This document shows, piece by piece, positions 1 through 9,423 of a stretch of DNA of 64,000 nucleotides. Source of the stretch: Gammaproteobacteria bacterium. Its GTDB lineage: Bacteria; Pseudomonadota; Gammaproteobacteria; JAJPIJ01. The position numbers and the translations under genes were made by a program. The notes below the pieces were generated by a model, which worked only from the letters and a program-made list of their open reading frames with translations, did no database searches and had not been told where the DNA came from. The DNA lies in contig JAJPIJ010000051.1 in NCBI GenBank assembly GCA_021324815.1, positions 2,188 through 66,187 on the forward strand, given 5' to 3'. Numbering within the stretch: the first letter of the stretch is position 1; each line of letters opens with the position of its first letter.

Positions 1-32
1 CTGCCGCGGGTGGAGAAACAACCGCCTCCCGC
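1..32. repeat. 32-bp direct repeat, copy 1 (ctgccgcgGgtggagaaacaaccgcctccCgc), at window edge
   Basis: Near-identical copy at 1099-1131 (30/32 nt, same orientation). Followed by a short imperfect inverted repeat (aacaaccgcc...ggcggcgttt). Confidence 0.8.
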
Positions 33-304
33 CGCATGAAACAAGGCGGCGTTTGCATTTGTCGCGGATTCGGAACACACTGCCCGGGCATCTCGCCTGA
101 CCCCGGCCTCTTGCCCTGCCCTCCATGGTGGAGAGGCATGCTTCCCCCGGAAGCTCCTGAGTAAATCAGAGACTCCCGAACCGAAACGACCGGCCCTGCG
201 GAGGGCGTCACGCCTGAAGTCACTGGCTGACGAAATGTCGTCCGTGGATCGGCGCGCGCCCGGAGCACGCCCGTTCCATCTATCCGCCACAGGAGATCCC
301 ACCG

Positions 305-988
305 ATGAACGCCACAACGAGCCCCCACCCCACAGTGACCCTTGCCGATGTGCATCAGGCCGTCGCCCAGGAAATCGAGGCTGTAAAACGTGATGTTGGC
401 GATAAAGACTTTGCAGCGGGCGTTGGACTGAAGATGAACGCCTTCACCGAGTTGTTGAAGGCCTTTGAAACAGGCCGCAACAGGATACTTGAGAGCAAAG
501 ATCCGGCGCAGGGCGACAAAAGCGCGCAGTTGAGCAAGCTTGCCGGCGATACGTACAACACCATGATGACCTTTGTAAATGGACTTCGATACCGGCAGCA
601 GGCCACGGCGCTCGCCGCGGAACTGTATAAAATGCCGGGCGAGGCCAGGTCCACTGATACGGTGCTGGAGTTTCTGAAACAGCAGGAGTTGCGCGGCCTG
701 CTACGGCAGAAGAGCGCGGCCGAGGTCGAGGCGATCTATCACCAGGCCGTCGAGGCAGGCAACGCCTTCATGATTCTCGCGATTGAAGGAGACCCGTTGG
801 GCTCCCTCATTTCGCCGGCCATTGTTGAAGACGGGCGGAGGCGCAACGCCGAAAAGGCCCACCCCGTACAATCCAGGAAAATGAATGATATTTTGAGGGC
901 CCAACGCGCCTTTGACACGGTCATATCCAAGGCCATGCTGGCCATGGGTCTGCGCCCCACCAGCGCCGTCGGAAAAGCCGCCGCCTGA
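305..988 (+). CDS. hypothetical protein (227 aa), no recognisable domain
   Basis: Long ORF with high-GC codon usage and non-repetitive composition. Bracketed by the two 32-bp direct repeats. Confidence 0.5.
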   Translation: MNATTSPHPTVTLADVHQAVAQEIEAVKRDVGDKDFAAGVGLKMNAFTELLKAFETGRNRILESKDPAQGDKSAQLSKLAGDTYNTMMTFVNGLRYRQQATALAAELYKMPGEARSTDTVLEFLKQQELRGLLRQKSAAEVEAIYHQAVEAGNAFMILAIEGDPLGSLISPAIVEDGRRRNAEKAHPVQSRKMNDILRAQRAFDTVISKAMLAMGLRPTSAVGKAAA

Positions 989-1098
989 TCGTTACCTCAT
1001 CTCGTCCTTGTGCGCGCCGGCACTCTGGACGATTCTGAAATTCCCATGCCAGAATAATGGTCAGGACATCTATGACCTCGGCCCCGGCCTGCTTCGAT

Positions 1099-1131
1099 CC
1101 AAATCTGCCGCGTGTGGAGAAACAACCGCCT
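1099..1131. repeat. 32-bp direct repeat, copy 2
   Basis: Matches 1-32 with 2 mismatches. Lies at the junction between high-GC DNA and the low-GC gene 1175-2428. Confidence 0.8.
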
Positions 1132-1174
1132 CCTGCTGCTTAAACAGTAAAACAAACAACAACATCAGAACCAC

Positions 1175-2428
1175 TTAACTTTTGCTTTTATCCTCTTCCT
1201 TAAGATCCTTAGGAACTTGCCACCAAGACCCCCTGCGCTTATGAACCCTTCGCTCAATCGAAACCATCTCTACATTATCAGTGGCAGAACTGAGCTGGCC
1301 GAGCTGCGCTGTTGGCGCGTCTGTGAAGCGTTTTAGGCGATCAACTAATTTCTTTTCCTTAACTGGATCCAGTGGAACTCGCGGCTTTCTATCACGCCAA
1401 GGTTGCAAATGCCGATCCCATAGCTGGCACACTAAAAAGTCGCCGTCTTTGGGAGGATCGGAAGCAAAAGACATTATTCCTTTCTCCCTTTCAGCATCGG
1501 ATACTCCAGAGTAATATTCGTTTAAAGCTTTGAGATCAGCCTTAAGGTCTTCACCCCATATAAACTCTTGGTCAGAACGCAAATATATAGGTGCACAGCG
1601 GCGATGCAGTTTGTCGGAAGAGATGAAAACCATACAAAACGGAAGATAAAACAAGTATCCAACATCCACTCGATTTGATGATCGTTCCGAAGAAATAAGA
1701 TTGGCAGCAAGGGTAATCTGAAAAAATACCTCTACACTCACCGCATGAGCTGCGTAAGGTGCATAAACAGAAAGTGGTTTGTATCCAGCCACACTCCATC
1801 TCTCAAGAATTGGACGCTCATATTGACGTGGGATATTGAAAAGGAAAGAGGCTATTTTCATTTGATCAAAGTGCTTGCCATCAGCACTCACGACGGCATC
1901 AGCGAGCCGTTTTGCCTCTTCAAGAGACTTACATGTCTGAGGGGTAATTCCAAACGATTTCATTCCTTCCGCAACAACCTTTAAATCCATGGCGGCGAGA
2001 GAAGCCCGCCAGTTATGAGCAAACTGACGTTCAACTTCTAAAAATTCACCATTCTGCCAGCGAGAAAACGCTCGTGCTTCCGCTGGGGCGTCAAAGATAA
2101 TTCCTTGCTTGCCATCAACATCGACAGGCCGGCCACCTGCAAACGGTATGCGTCCGTCCATTGGAACTGGATATCCCCTAAGACTTGCTACAGCGAGGCG
2201 CGAGTGGTGAGCACACGGGCCGCCCGACATCTCTGGTGTCTTATAGGCAATGTTTCCCACCTCTTGTTCAGGAGTACGGCCCTCTCGAACAGCTTTTTCA
2301 AGATCTGCGAGAGTTTCTACAAAGAACAAGGGCGATATAACGGGGTAAAAAAAGTGATCAAATAAGACCGCCTCGTCTACGCTCAGAGACTGGAGGAAGG
2401 ACTTATCGAAAAGAGCTATTGGACCCAA
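1175..2428 (-). CDS. hypothetical protein (417 aa) encoded by a strongly low-GC segment; candidate laterally acquired orphan gene
   Basis: Uninterrupted 1.25-kb ORF. Local GC is visibly far below flanking DNA (AT-rich codons, AT-rich 3' flank ttaaacagtaaaacaaacaacaac). No motif I can assign. Confidence 0.55.
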   Translation of the reverse strand: MGPIALFDKSFLQSLSVDEAVLFDHFFYPVISPLFFVETLADLEKAVREGRTPEQEVGNIAYKTPEMSGGPCAHHSRLAVASLRGYPVPMDGRIPFAGGRPVDVDGKQGIIFDAPAEARAFSRWQNGEFLEVERQFAHNWRASLAAMDLKVVAEGMKSFGITPQTCKSLEEAKRLADAVVSADGKHFDQMKIASFLFNIPRQYERPILERWSVAGYKPLSVYAPYAAHAVSVEVFFQITLAANLISSERSSNRVDVGYLFYLPFCMVFISSDKLHRRCAPIYLRSDQEFIWGEDLKADLKALNEYYSGVSDAEREKGIMSFASDPPKDGDFLVCQLWDRHLQPWRDRKPRVPLDPVKEKKLVDRLKRFTDAPTAQLGQLSSATDNVEMVSIERRVHKRRGSWWQVPKDLKEEDKSKS

Positions 2429-2475
2429 ATTGAACTACTCAAATCTATTTTGGGTCAGCTCAAACCACATTTTAT

Positions 2476-4146
2476 TTAATTTGGGATGGATTCGATTCGG
2501 CGATACAGCCAGCCGCCGATGTAAAAAGATATGCCGACCACGATCAGTGTGCCGATCCTGACCAGCGGCGAGGATGATCCCAGGTCGTAGAACAGCACCT
2601 TGCCTGCCGAGATGGCGAAGATGAGCAGCGAGGATTGCCCCAACAGTTTGTCCTTCCATCTCAGCGATGCCAGCAAACAGCCCAGCGCCAGCACGCCCCA
2701 CGCCATCGAGACGGCAATCCGGCCGGTGAACAAATGCGTGGCCGCCGCGATTGCGGCCAGATGTCCGGCGAAGAGCAGCAACGGCCACGCGCCTTTCGCC
2801 GCATTCGCGCGGCGCGCCCAAATATATCCGCCGTACAACTCCGCGGGGTACAGGACGGAGAGCGCGTCCGCGCCGACCACCGCATGGCGATCGTAACCGG
2901 TGACAATACGAAGGTAGTTGATGATGAAGATGATGAACACCGCCAGCCAGACGAAAACGCCCGCTGCCGAGAGCTTGCCTCTGAACATGCCGTATGCGGC
3001 CGTCACCGGCAGCACGATGAGTCCCACCCACGGCATCCAGGCCTCGGGCACGGATTCCAGATAGCCGGCGTGGAAGATCACCAGCGCGATGTACGCACCG
3101 AGCAGCATCCGCCCGCCGGGCATGTCGCGCCTCAAGATGGCTTGCGCCACCATGTATATGCACGCGAGCACGGCGGCGCTTCCCACCGCCACCCACGGCG
3201 CATAGGCGGGAATGTGCCTGTCCAGCAATTGGTATTGCAGCACGTAGAAGATGAGCAGCGCCGGCAGGTGCGCGGTGGCGGCGGATTCGCTCATCGGCAT
3301 CATGCGGCGCACGGAGTAAAGCGCCGCGGCGCCGGCGAAGATGAGCAGTTGCACGGCCTGGAATCCCACCGCGGTCAACCACTGCTCGCTGTGGCCGCTG
3401 TCGCGCCACGCGGCATCGAAGCCGATCAGCGCCAGGTAAAGCGCCAGCAGATACACCGAGCGCGTGCCCACCCGGATTGAAAACCAGCAGAACACCACGC
3501 TCCAGCTGGAGTAATAGATGGCGAGGTCGGACACGTCCAGAAATATGCTGTGGAGCAGGAAGGGCGCGGAGTAGGTGCCCGCCACGGCGAAGAAGGCGTA
3601 GAGCGTGCTCTGGAACGCCTGGCATAACCACAATGACAGCACGCAGATCAGGAGCACGGCGGATAATGCAGCCGATGCGCCGATGAACGCGTAGTAAAGA
3701 TGCGCGCCATAGACGGATAGAAAGAGGATGACCACGCCGCCCGCGGGCAGCAGGCCCGCATAAGCGCGGTCGCTCCCGCGCAGCGCCCAGCCGACGCCGA
3801 TCATGGCGAAGGCGGATAACACGGCCAGCATGATCTGCCGCTCCGGCGTGAGCCAGCCGGACACCAGCGCCAGCTTGATGACGTAGGACGCCGCCAGCAC
3901 CAGCGCGGTTGCTCCGCCCCATCCCAGCAATTTCGTGGCGAACGACGGGCCTTCCTGCTCGACCCGTTCGGGTGCTTCGGGCGTGACTGCGGGTTTGGAA
4001 ACCGCCGGTGAGGTTGCCTGCGGCATGCTCGGCGCCGCTGCTGACGGTTTTCCCTCTGGCGTCATTTCAGGCTTGAAGCCGAGCCATGACTCCATCTTTT
4101 CCAGCCGCGCTTCAATCGCCGCCAGCCGCTGTTCAATCTCCGCCAT
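2476..4146 (-). CDS. DUF2339-type polytopic membrane protein with N-terminal coiled-coil
   Basis: N-terminus MAEIEQRLAAIEARLEKMESWL, Pro/Ala-rich linker, then more than 12 predicted hydrophobic helices. The overlapping antisense ORF 2435-3922 is rejected as a GC artefact. Confidence 0.6.
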   Translation of the reverse strand: MAEIEQRLAAIEARLEKMESWLGFKPEMTPEGKPSAAAPSMPQATSPAVSKPAVTPEAPERVEQEGPSFATKLLGWGGATALVLAASYVIKLALVSGWLTPERQIMLAVLSAFAMIGVGWALRGSDRAYAGLLPAGGVVILFLSVYGAHLYYAFIGASAALSAVLLICVLSLWLCQAFQSTLYAFFAVAGTYSAPFLLHSIFLDVSDLAIYYSSWSVVFCWFSIRVGTRSVYLLALYLALIGFDAAWRDSGHSEQWLTAVGFQAVQLLIFAGAAALYSVRRMMPMSESAATAHLPALLIFYVLQYQLLDRHIPAYAPWVAVGSAAVLACIYMVAQAILRRDMPGGRMLLGAYIALVIFHAGYLESVPEAWMPWVGLIVLPVTAAYGMFRGKLSAAGVFVWLAVFIIFIINYLRIVTGYDRHAVVGADALSVLYPAELYGGYIWARRANAAKGAWPLLLFAGHLAAIAAATHLFTGRIAVSMAWGVLALGCLLASLRWKDKLLGQSSLLIFAISAGKVLFYDLGSSSPLVRIGTLIVVGISFYIGGWLYRRIESIPN

Positions 4147-4161
4147 GTGCCCCCCTCCGCA

Positions 4162-4623
4162 TCAAGTGAAGCGCTCGGTGAATGACTCCTTCTTCCACCC
4201 GTGTCCGAAGCGCCGCAACGCCTGATAAACGGCCATGCGTTGAAAGCTGGTCGCGCCCAGATCGGCCATCGCCTCGTTGGCCAGGATGTTGTCGGCGTCC
4301 CTGCGCGTCAAGGCCGTCTGGCGGCCGTCCTCCAGCGTGACCACCCCTTCATACTGATAGAGAACATCGTTCACCCAGCCGCCAAGTTCGATGCGCGGAT
4401 CGTCGCTGGCCATGAAGATCGACCACGCAAACTGGGGAATCGACGCGAGATCGGACACGTATCCCTGCGGCACCGTGATGATGCCGCCCGCGATGTCGCT
4501 GCGGAACCGCAGCGGGACCTGGAGAACGAACAGGGCCACGCTGAGCGGCTTGCCCTGGGCCCGCAATTTCCATGGCGCCAGTTGCAGCGACACGTCGCCG
4601 TCGATGTCAAAGAAACGGTTCAT
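4162..4623 (-). CDS. DUF1353 family protein (phage/prophage-associated small protein)
   Basis: 153 aa. Motifs FDIDGDVSL and VPQGYVSDLASIP are reminiscent of DUF1353. Assignment is from memory of the family. Confidence 0.45.
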   Translation of the reverse strand: MNRFFDIDGDVSLQLAPWKLRAQGKPLSVALFVLQVPLRFRSDIAGGIITVPQGYVSDLASIPQFAWSIFMASDDPRIELGGWVNDVLYQYEGVVTLEDGRQTALTRRDADNILANEAMADLGATSFQRMAVYQALRRFGHGWKKESFTERFT

Positions 4624-4653
4624 TATTCGCGGCCTTCAACCCGCCCGGACTGC

Positions 4654-5889
4654 TCACTTCTTCCGCTCGGCGCGGGCGATGGCCTTGAGGTCGGCGCGCT
4701 TGAGTTTCTTCGCGGCGCGCTGCTCGCTGCGGTGGCCGCGGCGATCCTCGCGCTTGAACGCCTTCTTCTTCGCCTTGGAGCCGTAGATCTGCTTCCACTT
4801 GCCGTTCTTGAAGATGATCTGGTAGCCGCCGGACAGAATCTGGAACGGCTCCCTCACCTTCTTCATTTGATCGAACTGTACTGATCCCGGCTTGTGGAAG
4901 GCCTCGAAGTACGCCGGGAAGACAAAGTCCGTCATGGGGATGCCCTTCACCGGGAAGCTCAGCGCCTCGACCGGATCGGCGCTTTCGTAGGCATACATCA
5001 GTTTCGGATCGGGGCCGGTGGTCATCATGTTGATGGCCGGGTCGACCAGCATCTCCACCAGCTCGTGCGAGGCCGACACGCTCACCAGATCGTTGTTCTT
5101 GATCGTGGTCTTCACGAACACCTTGGCCTGCGGCAGGCCGTCCGGCGTGAGATCATGGTAGGCGAGCGCGCCGGGCTGATCGGCGTCGTCGAGAAACACC
5201 ATCGCCCAGGCGCCCTTGATGAAGCCGTCGGACTTGACGAGTTTGGCGGGCGTGCCCCACACCGGCGCGACGTAGTCGTCGATGAACGCCTGCATGGCGG
5301 CGATCAGCTTGTCGAAGTTGACGCCCAGTTTGGTCTTCGCCCTGTTGAAGCAGGCGATGGTGGGCACGCCGCCTTGATTGAACGCGCCGCGTACCGGCGG
5401 CTTGCCGGCGGCGTGGCGCGGTCTGGCCGTGCGCCGGCGGGCTGGAGTTCCGGTCGTCATTTCCGCAATCGGAGGGCGGGGCGTCTGCGACGGCTTTGCG
5501 GCGGGCAGCGGCTCAACCTCGATTTCAAGCACGATGAGTTCGGTCGGCGGTACATCTTCAAGTTTGGCGAACAGCGCCTCGAACGCCTCCCGTGTGCCGC
5601 CGATGGTCTCCTGTTCCATGGTCCGGCCGACTACTATGCATCCCCCGACATCCCCCGCGCCGTTGCCTGGATGCAGGTACACGCCTTCGAAACCCGGCAC
5701 GTTCTTAAGATGCGGCAGCGGGCGCTGGAATTTCTGGGAAAAGTCGATCACCAGATCATAGATGCCCGCGGGAATGGCGCCGGCGCCGGTCTTCTTCTCA
5801 AATGTCAGGCATTCGTATTCGCCGTTGACATATAGTTCGCCGATCGCGCCCTGGTCGGTGAATTCCTTGCGTATGAGTTTCAATTCCAT
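4654..5889 (-). CDS. hypothetical protein with N-terminal L,D-transpeptidase(YkuD)-like fold motif and Lys/Arg-rich C-terminal tail
   Basis: Start taken at MELKLIRKEF (ATG 5889), preceded by GAGGGA SD. Motif HPGNGAGDVGGCIVVG resembles the YkuD H...GC(I/V) catalytic signature. C-terminus KAKKKAFKREDRRGHRSEQRAAKKLKR. Confidence 0.45.
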   Translation of the reverse strand: MELKLIRKEFTDQGAIGELYVNGEYECLTFEKKTGAGAIPAGIYDLVIDFSQKFQRPLPHLKNVPGFEGVYLHPGNGAGDVGGCIVVGRTMEQETIGGTREAFEALFAKLEDVPPTELIVLEIEVEPLPAAKPSQTPRPPIAEMTTGTPARRRTARPRHAAGKPPVRGAFNQGGVPTIACFNRAKTKLGVNFDKLIAAMQAFIDDYVAPVWGTPAKLVKSDGFIKGAWAMVFLDDADQPGALAYHDLTPDGLPQAKVFVKTTIKNNDLVSVSASHELVEMLVDPAINMMTTGPDPKLMYAYESADPVEALSFPVKGIPMTDFVFPAYFEAFHKPGSVQFDQMKKVREPFQILSGGYQIIFKNGKWKQIYGSKAKKKAFKREDRRGHRSEQRAAKKLKRADLKAIARAERKK

Positions 5890-5890
5890 G

Positions 5891-5934
5891 TTTTTTCCCT
5901 CGTGCTGGATGGTTTTTTCCCTCGTGCTGGATGG
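5891..5934. repeat. perfect 22-bp tandem duplication (ttttttccctcgtgctggatgg x2) covering the ribosome-binding region of the YkuD-like gene
   Basis: Units 5891-5912 and 5913-5934 are identical. On the minus strand each unit carries GAGGGAAAAAAC immediately 5' of the ATG. Confidence 0.9.
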
Positions 5935-6183
5935 AACGGCCGGCATCAAGAAACGGCTGGACAACAATCGTCACGCCGAAAACACGCGTCAACGGCGCGC
6001 GATTCATGTCACAGATGATGAACGCCCCCCGATGGTATTGGGTCTCTTCCTCACTGAGTCCGGGTTTTTATTCTGAAAGTTAATTTACCCCTGTGACTTC
6101 GAAAAATCATCAACCTTGCGGCAGCGGTAACGCGCGGGTTCGCACTGTTTTCGCGCGTGGGTATCGGGTCGTGAAATATCTTG

Positions 6184-6211
6184 TTGCGCCGCACAAATGA
6201 AGCGTTACAAT
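6184..6211 (+). promoter_or_regulatory. candidate sigma70 promoter (TTGCGC-N16-TACAAT) for the SDR gene
   Basis: Good -10 TACAAT 45 nt upstream of ATG 6256. The -35 is weak. Confidence 0.3.
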
Positions 6212-6255
6212 GACGCCAAATCATCACCTTCAATCACGACAGCGAGGAGAAGCCC

Positions 6256-7074
6256 ATGGAGATGAAAGACAAGGTCGCCGTGATCACAGGCGCCGGCAGC
6301 GGCATTGGATGCGCCGTCGCGCAGGAACTGGCCAGGCGCGGCTTGAAGGCGCTGGCGCTCGTTGATCTCAGCGACGGTCTCCCTGAAGTGTGCGAGAAGA
6401 TCAACAAGGAAACCGGCAGAACCATTGCGTATCCCTTCAAGGGCAACACCACGGACGCGGTTTTCCGCAGACAGGTTTTCGACGCCATCGAGTCGCGGCA
6501 CGGCACGGCGACGATCTGCGTCCCGGCGGCGGGCATCACGCGCGATGACCTGGCGGTCAGGGTTGACAAGGCCACCGGCAAGGCGCGCATTTATCCGCTG
6601 GAAAACTTCCGCCTCGTGCTGGAGGTGAACCTGGTCGCGCCGGTGTACTGGGCCATGGAAATGGTGGCGCGCATCGCCGAGGATCGGCATCGCAAGGGGC
6701 TCAAGCGCTGGACACCCGCCGAGCGGATCCAGGGCACCGTGGTGTTCATCGGCTCCATCTCGTCACAGGGCAACAAGGGACAGGTTTCCTACGCCAGCAC
6801 CAAGGCCGGCCTCGAGGGCGCCGCGGCGACGCTGACCAAGGAGGCCATCTTCCACGGGGTGCGCTGCGGCGTCATTCATCCCGGCTTCACCGACACGCCC
6901 ATGGTGCGCGCGCTCGGCAACGACTACATCGAAAAAAACATCCTGCCTTACACGCAGCTGGGGCGGCTTATACGCACGGAGGAAATCGCCGACGCCATCT
7001 GCTTTATGATCTCGAATTCGGCGGTGAGCGGCGAGTTGTGGGCGGATGCGGGCTGGCATCCCTCGCCGGCGTGA
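6256..7074 (+). CDS. SDR family NAD(P)-dependent oxidoreductase
   Basis: TGAGSGIG Rossmann motif at the N-terminus, 272 aa. Typical SDR architecture. Confidence 0.85.
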   Translation: MEMKDKVAVITGAGSGIGCAVAQELARRGLKALALVDLSDGLPEVCEKINKETGRTIAYPFKGNTTDAVFRRQVFDAIESRHGTATICVPAAGITRDDLAVRVDKATGKARIYPLENFRLVLEVNLVAPVYWAMEMVARIAEDRHRKGLKRWTPAERIQGTVVFIGSISSQGNKGQVSYASTKAGLEGAAATLTKEAIFHGVRCGVIHPGFTDTPMVRALGNDYIEKNILPYTQLGRLIRTEEIADAICFMISNSAVSGELWADAGWHPSPA

Positions 7075-7166
7075 ACCAGCCGCTCCGGCGCGGCTTCCAA
7101 AGCCGGGTGATCAATTGCAACTTGAACTACAACCTGAACGCCGTTTACCCCTCGATGCCCCCTCGC

Positions 7167-7191
7167 TTCGTGACGGGCCGCGGGGCGAACG
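7167..7191 (+). terminator. weak rho-independent terminator candidate after the SDR gene
   Basis: Short GC stem (gccg...cggc) followed by a T7 run. Convergent intergenic region with the mlaC-like gene. Confidence 0.25.
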
Positions 7192-7263
7192 GCATTTTTT
7201 TACAGAGACCCGCGGCTCGCGGCCTGCGCCTGCGGGACGGCGGAAAGGATCCGCGGACAGGCC

Positions 7264-7902
7264 CTAATCCGTGTGGCTGGCGGTCAACGGCTTCGATCCC
7301 TTTTCGCTCAGGCGGGTGATGAAGCCCTCCATGCCATATTGCTGGATCTCCGTGTCAACGCCGCTGCGGAACGTCGCGACGATGCTGACGCCGCCGGCGA
7401 GGACGTCGTAGACCTTCCAGCCGCCCTCCGTCTGGATCATCCGGTAGTCGATATTGAGCGGATTTTTGCCCGGCACCGATACGCGGGTGCGCACCACCGC
7501 CAGCGACGGATCGGTGTCACGGGAGGTCTGCAAATAGGTGATGCTCACGTCGGTGTAGTCGCTGACGTTGATGGCGTAGGTCCGCAGCAGCAGGCGCTTG
7601 AAATCGTCGATGAACTGCCGCTGCTGATCCGGGGTGGCTTCGCGCCAGTGTTTGCCGAGAATGAGGCGCCCGGAACGCACGGTGTCCACGTGCGGCGATA
7701 CGATTTGATCGACCAGTTCGACGGCATGGTTGGGATCGCTGTCGATGGCCGACTTGTCCCGCAGCACCGCCGCACGCAGGTCTTCTATGGTGGCACGAAT
7801 GACGGCCTGGGGATCGCCGGCACCGTCCGTCGCCGCATGGGCGGCGGCAAACAGGAGTGCCGTGAACAACAACATCCATCGCGAACGAACAAATTCGATC
7901 AT
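7264..7902 (-). CDS. mlaC: MlaC/Ttg2D-like periplasmic phospholipid-binding protein (orphan; no mlaFEDB neighbours)
   Basis: Signal peptide MLLFTALLFAAAHA. Body resembles the toluene-tolerance Ttg2D/MlaC family (about 200 aa). The start is uncertain. Confidence 0.55.
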   Translation of the reverse strand: MIEFVRSRWMLLFTALLFAAAHAATDGAGDPQAVIRATIEDLRAAVLRDKSAIDSDPNHAVELVDQIVSPHVDTVRSGRLILGKHWREATPDQQRQFIDDFKRLLLRTYAINVSDYTDVSITYLQTSRDTDPSLAVVRTRVSVPGKNPLNIDYRMIQTEGGWKVYDVLAGGVSIVATFRSGVDTEIQQYGMEGFITRLSEKGSKPLTASHTD

Positions 7903-8217
7903 GACATTGATTCCTTGAAAAACGGTCAACGAAGGGATGATTCCTGCAACAGTTGCGCTTCAACAATAGACAAATAATACGGCGTGGAGTTTAATTGCCC
8001 GCCTGTGCGGTGCGCCAGTCGATGAATGCGAAACACATCACAATTACGGCAAGCAGATTATACGTGAAAAACGCCATGAACAAGATGAAATAGTTGAAGG
8101 GTCCGCCGCCGATACAATATGTTACATTGACAATATAATAACGAATGAACGCTTCCTGAATTTTCAACCGTTTCCGCCGCAATCTCCATCTCGTTTATCG
8201 GAGCCGGGCGGCCGGGC

Positions 8218-9423
8218 ATGCACAAAACAAAACGCCGCCACGCGAAAAAATCCCCGCCGTTACGAACTTCGCGGAAGCGGGACGGCCGTTCCGCGGCCGG
8301 AACAGTGGCGCTGCTCATCGGCACGCGCAAGGGCGCGTTCATTCTGCGCAGTGATTCCAGACGCCGGGACTGGCGCGTGGCCGGCCCGCATTTTCTCGGC
8401 CATGCCGTGCACCATATCGCGCTGGACCCACGCGACGGCCGCACCCTGCTCTGCGCCGCGCGCGCGGGGCACTTGGGCCCCACCGTGTTTCGCTCCACCG
8501 ATCGCGGCAAAACCTGGCGGGAGTCAGGGAAGCCGCCCGCCTTTGAAAAGGCGCCGGAAGGCCGGACCGGCCGTTCCGTCGATCACGTCTTCTGGCTGAC
8601 GCCGGGTCACGCGAGCGAACCCGGCGTGTGGTACGCCGGCACCTCGCCGCAGGGACTGTTCCGCTCCGCGGACGGCGGCGTCACCTGGGAGGGCGTGGCG
8701 GGATTCAACGCGCATCCCCTGCGACCGGCATGGTGCGGCGACGGGCAGCAGGCGCCGCCGGACGGCGCCACGCTGCACTCGATCAACATCGACCCGCGCG
8801 ATCCAAGACATCTCTACGTCGGCCTGTCCAGCGGCGGCGTTTTCGAGAGCACGGACGGCGGCCGCGACTGGCGGCCTCTCAACCGCGGCTGCGCGGCCGA
8901 TTTCATCCCCACGCCGGACCCGGAATACGGCCACGACGTGCATTGCATGCGCCTGCACCCGCTCGCCCCCGATCGCCTCTACCAGCAGAATCACTGCGGC
9001 ATCTACCGCATGGAGCGCCCCCAGGGCCGCTGGACGCGCATCGGCGACAACATGCCGAGGCGGGTCGGCGACATCGGTTTCCCGCTGGTGCTGCATCCGC
9101 GCGATCCTGACACGTTGTGGGTGTTCCCCATGGACGGCTCGACGGTCTGGCCGCGCGTCAGTCCCGGCGGCAGGCCGGCAGCGTACATCTCACGCAACGG
9201 CGGCAACAGCTGGCGGCGCCAGGATCGCGGCCTGCCGGCCGGGCAGGGCTGGTTCACGGTCAAGCGCCAGGCCATGTGCGCGGATCGCGGCGATCCCGCC
9301 GGCGTCTATTTCGGCACCACGGCCGGGGAAGTGTGGGGCAGCCTCAACGAAGGCGAGAAGTGGACCTGCCTCCTCCGCCACCTGCCGGAGATCTATTCAG
9401 TCGAAGCCGCGGAACCCGGGTGA
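8218..9423 (+). CDS. BNR/Asp-box repeat beta-propeller protein (sialidase-like / Ycf48-like)
   Basis: Four Asp-box motifs S-x-D-x-G-x-T-W: STDRGKTW, SADGGVTW, STDGGRDW, SRNGGNSW. The true start is probably internal (VALLIGTRKGAFIL). Confidence 0.65.
   Translation: MHKTKRRHAKKSPPLRTSRKRDGRSAAGTVALLIGTRKGAFILRSDSRRRDWRVAGPHFLGHAVHHIALDPRDGRTLLCAARAGHLGPTVFRSTDRGKTWRESGKPPAFEKAPEGRTGRSVDHVFWLTPGHASEPGVWYAGTSPQGLFRSADGGVTWEGVAGFNAHPLRPAWCGDGQQAPPDGATLHSINIDPRDPRHLYVGLSSGGVFESTDGGRDWRPLNRGCAADFIPTPDPEYGHDVHCMRLHPLAPDRLYQQNHCGIYRMERPQGRWTRIGDNMPRRVGDIGFPLVLHPRDPDTLWVFPMDGSTVWPRVSPGGRPAAYISRNGGNSWRRQDRGLPAGQGWFTVKRQAMCADRGDPAGVYFGTTAGEVWGSLNEGEKWTCLLRHLPEIYSVEAAEPG

Noticed and set aside
2435-3922. 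495-aa ORF on the same strand, overlapping the DUF2339 gene in another frame
   Set aside because: Arg/Ala/Gly-rich low-complexity translation typical of an out-of-frame high-GC artefact. The 556-aa frame has coherent TM-helix architecture.
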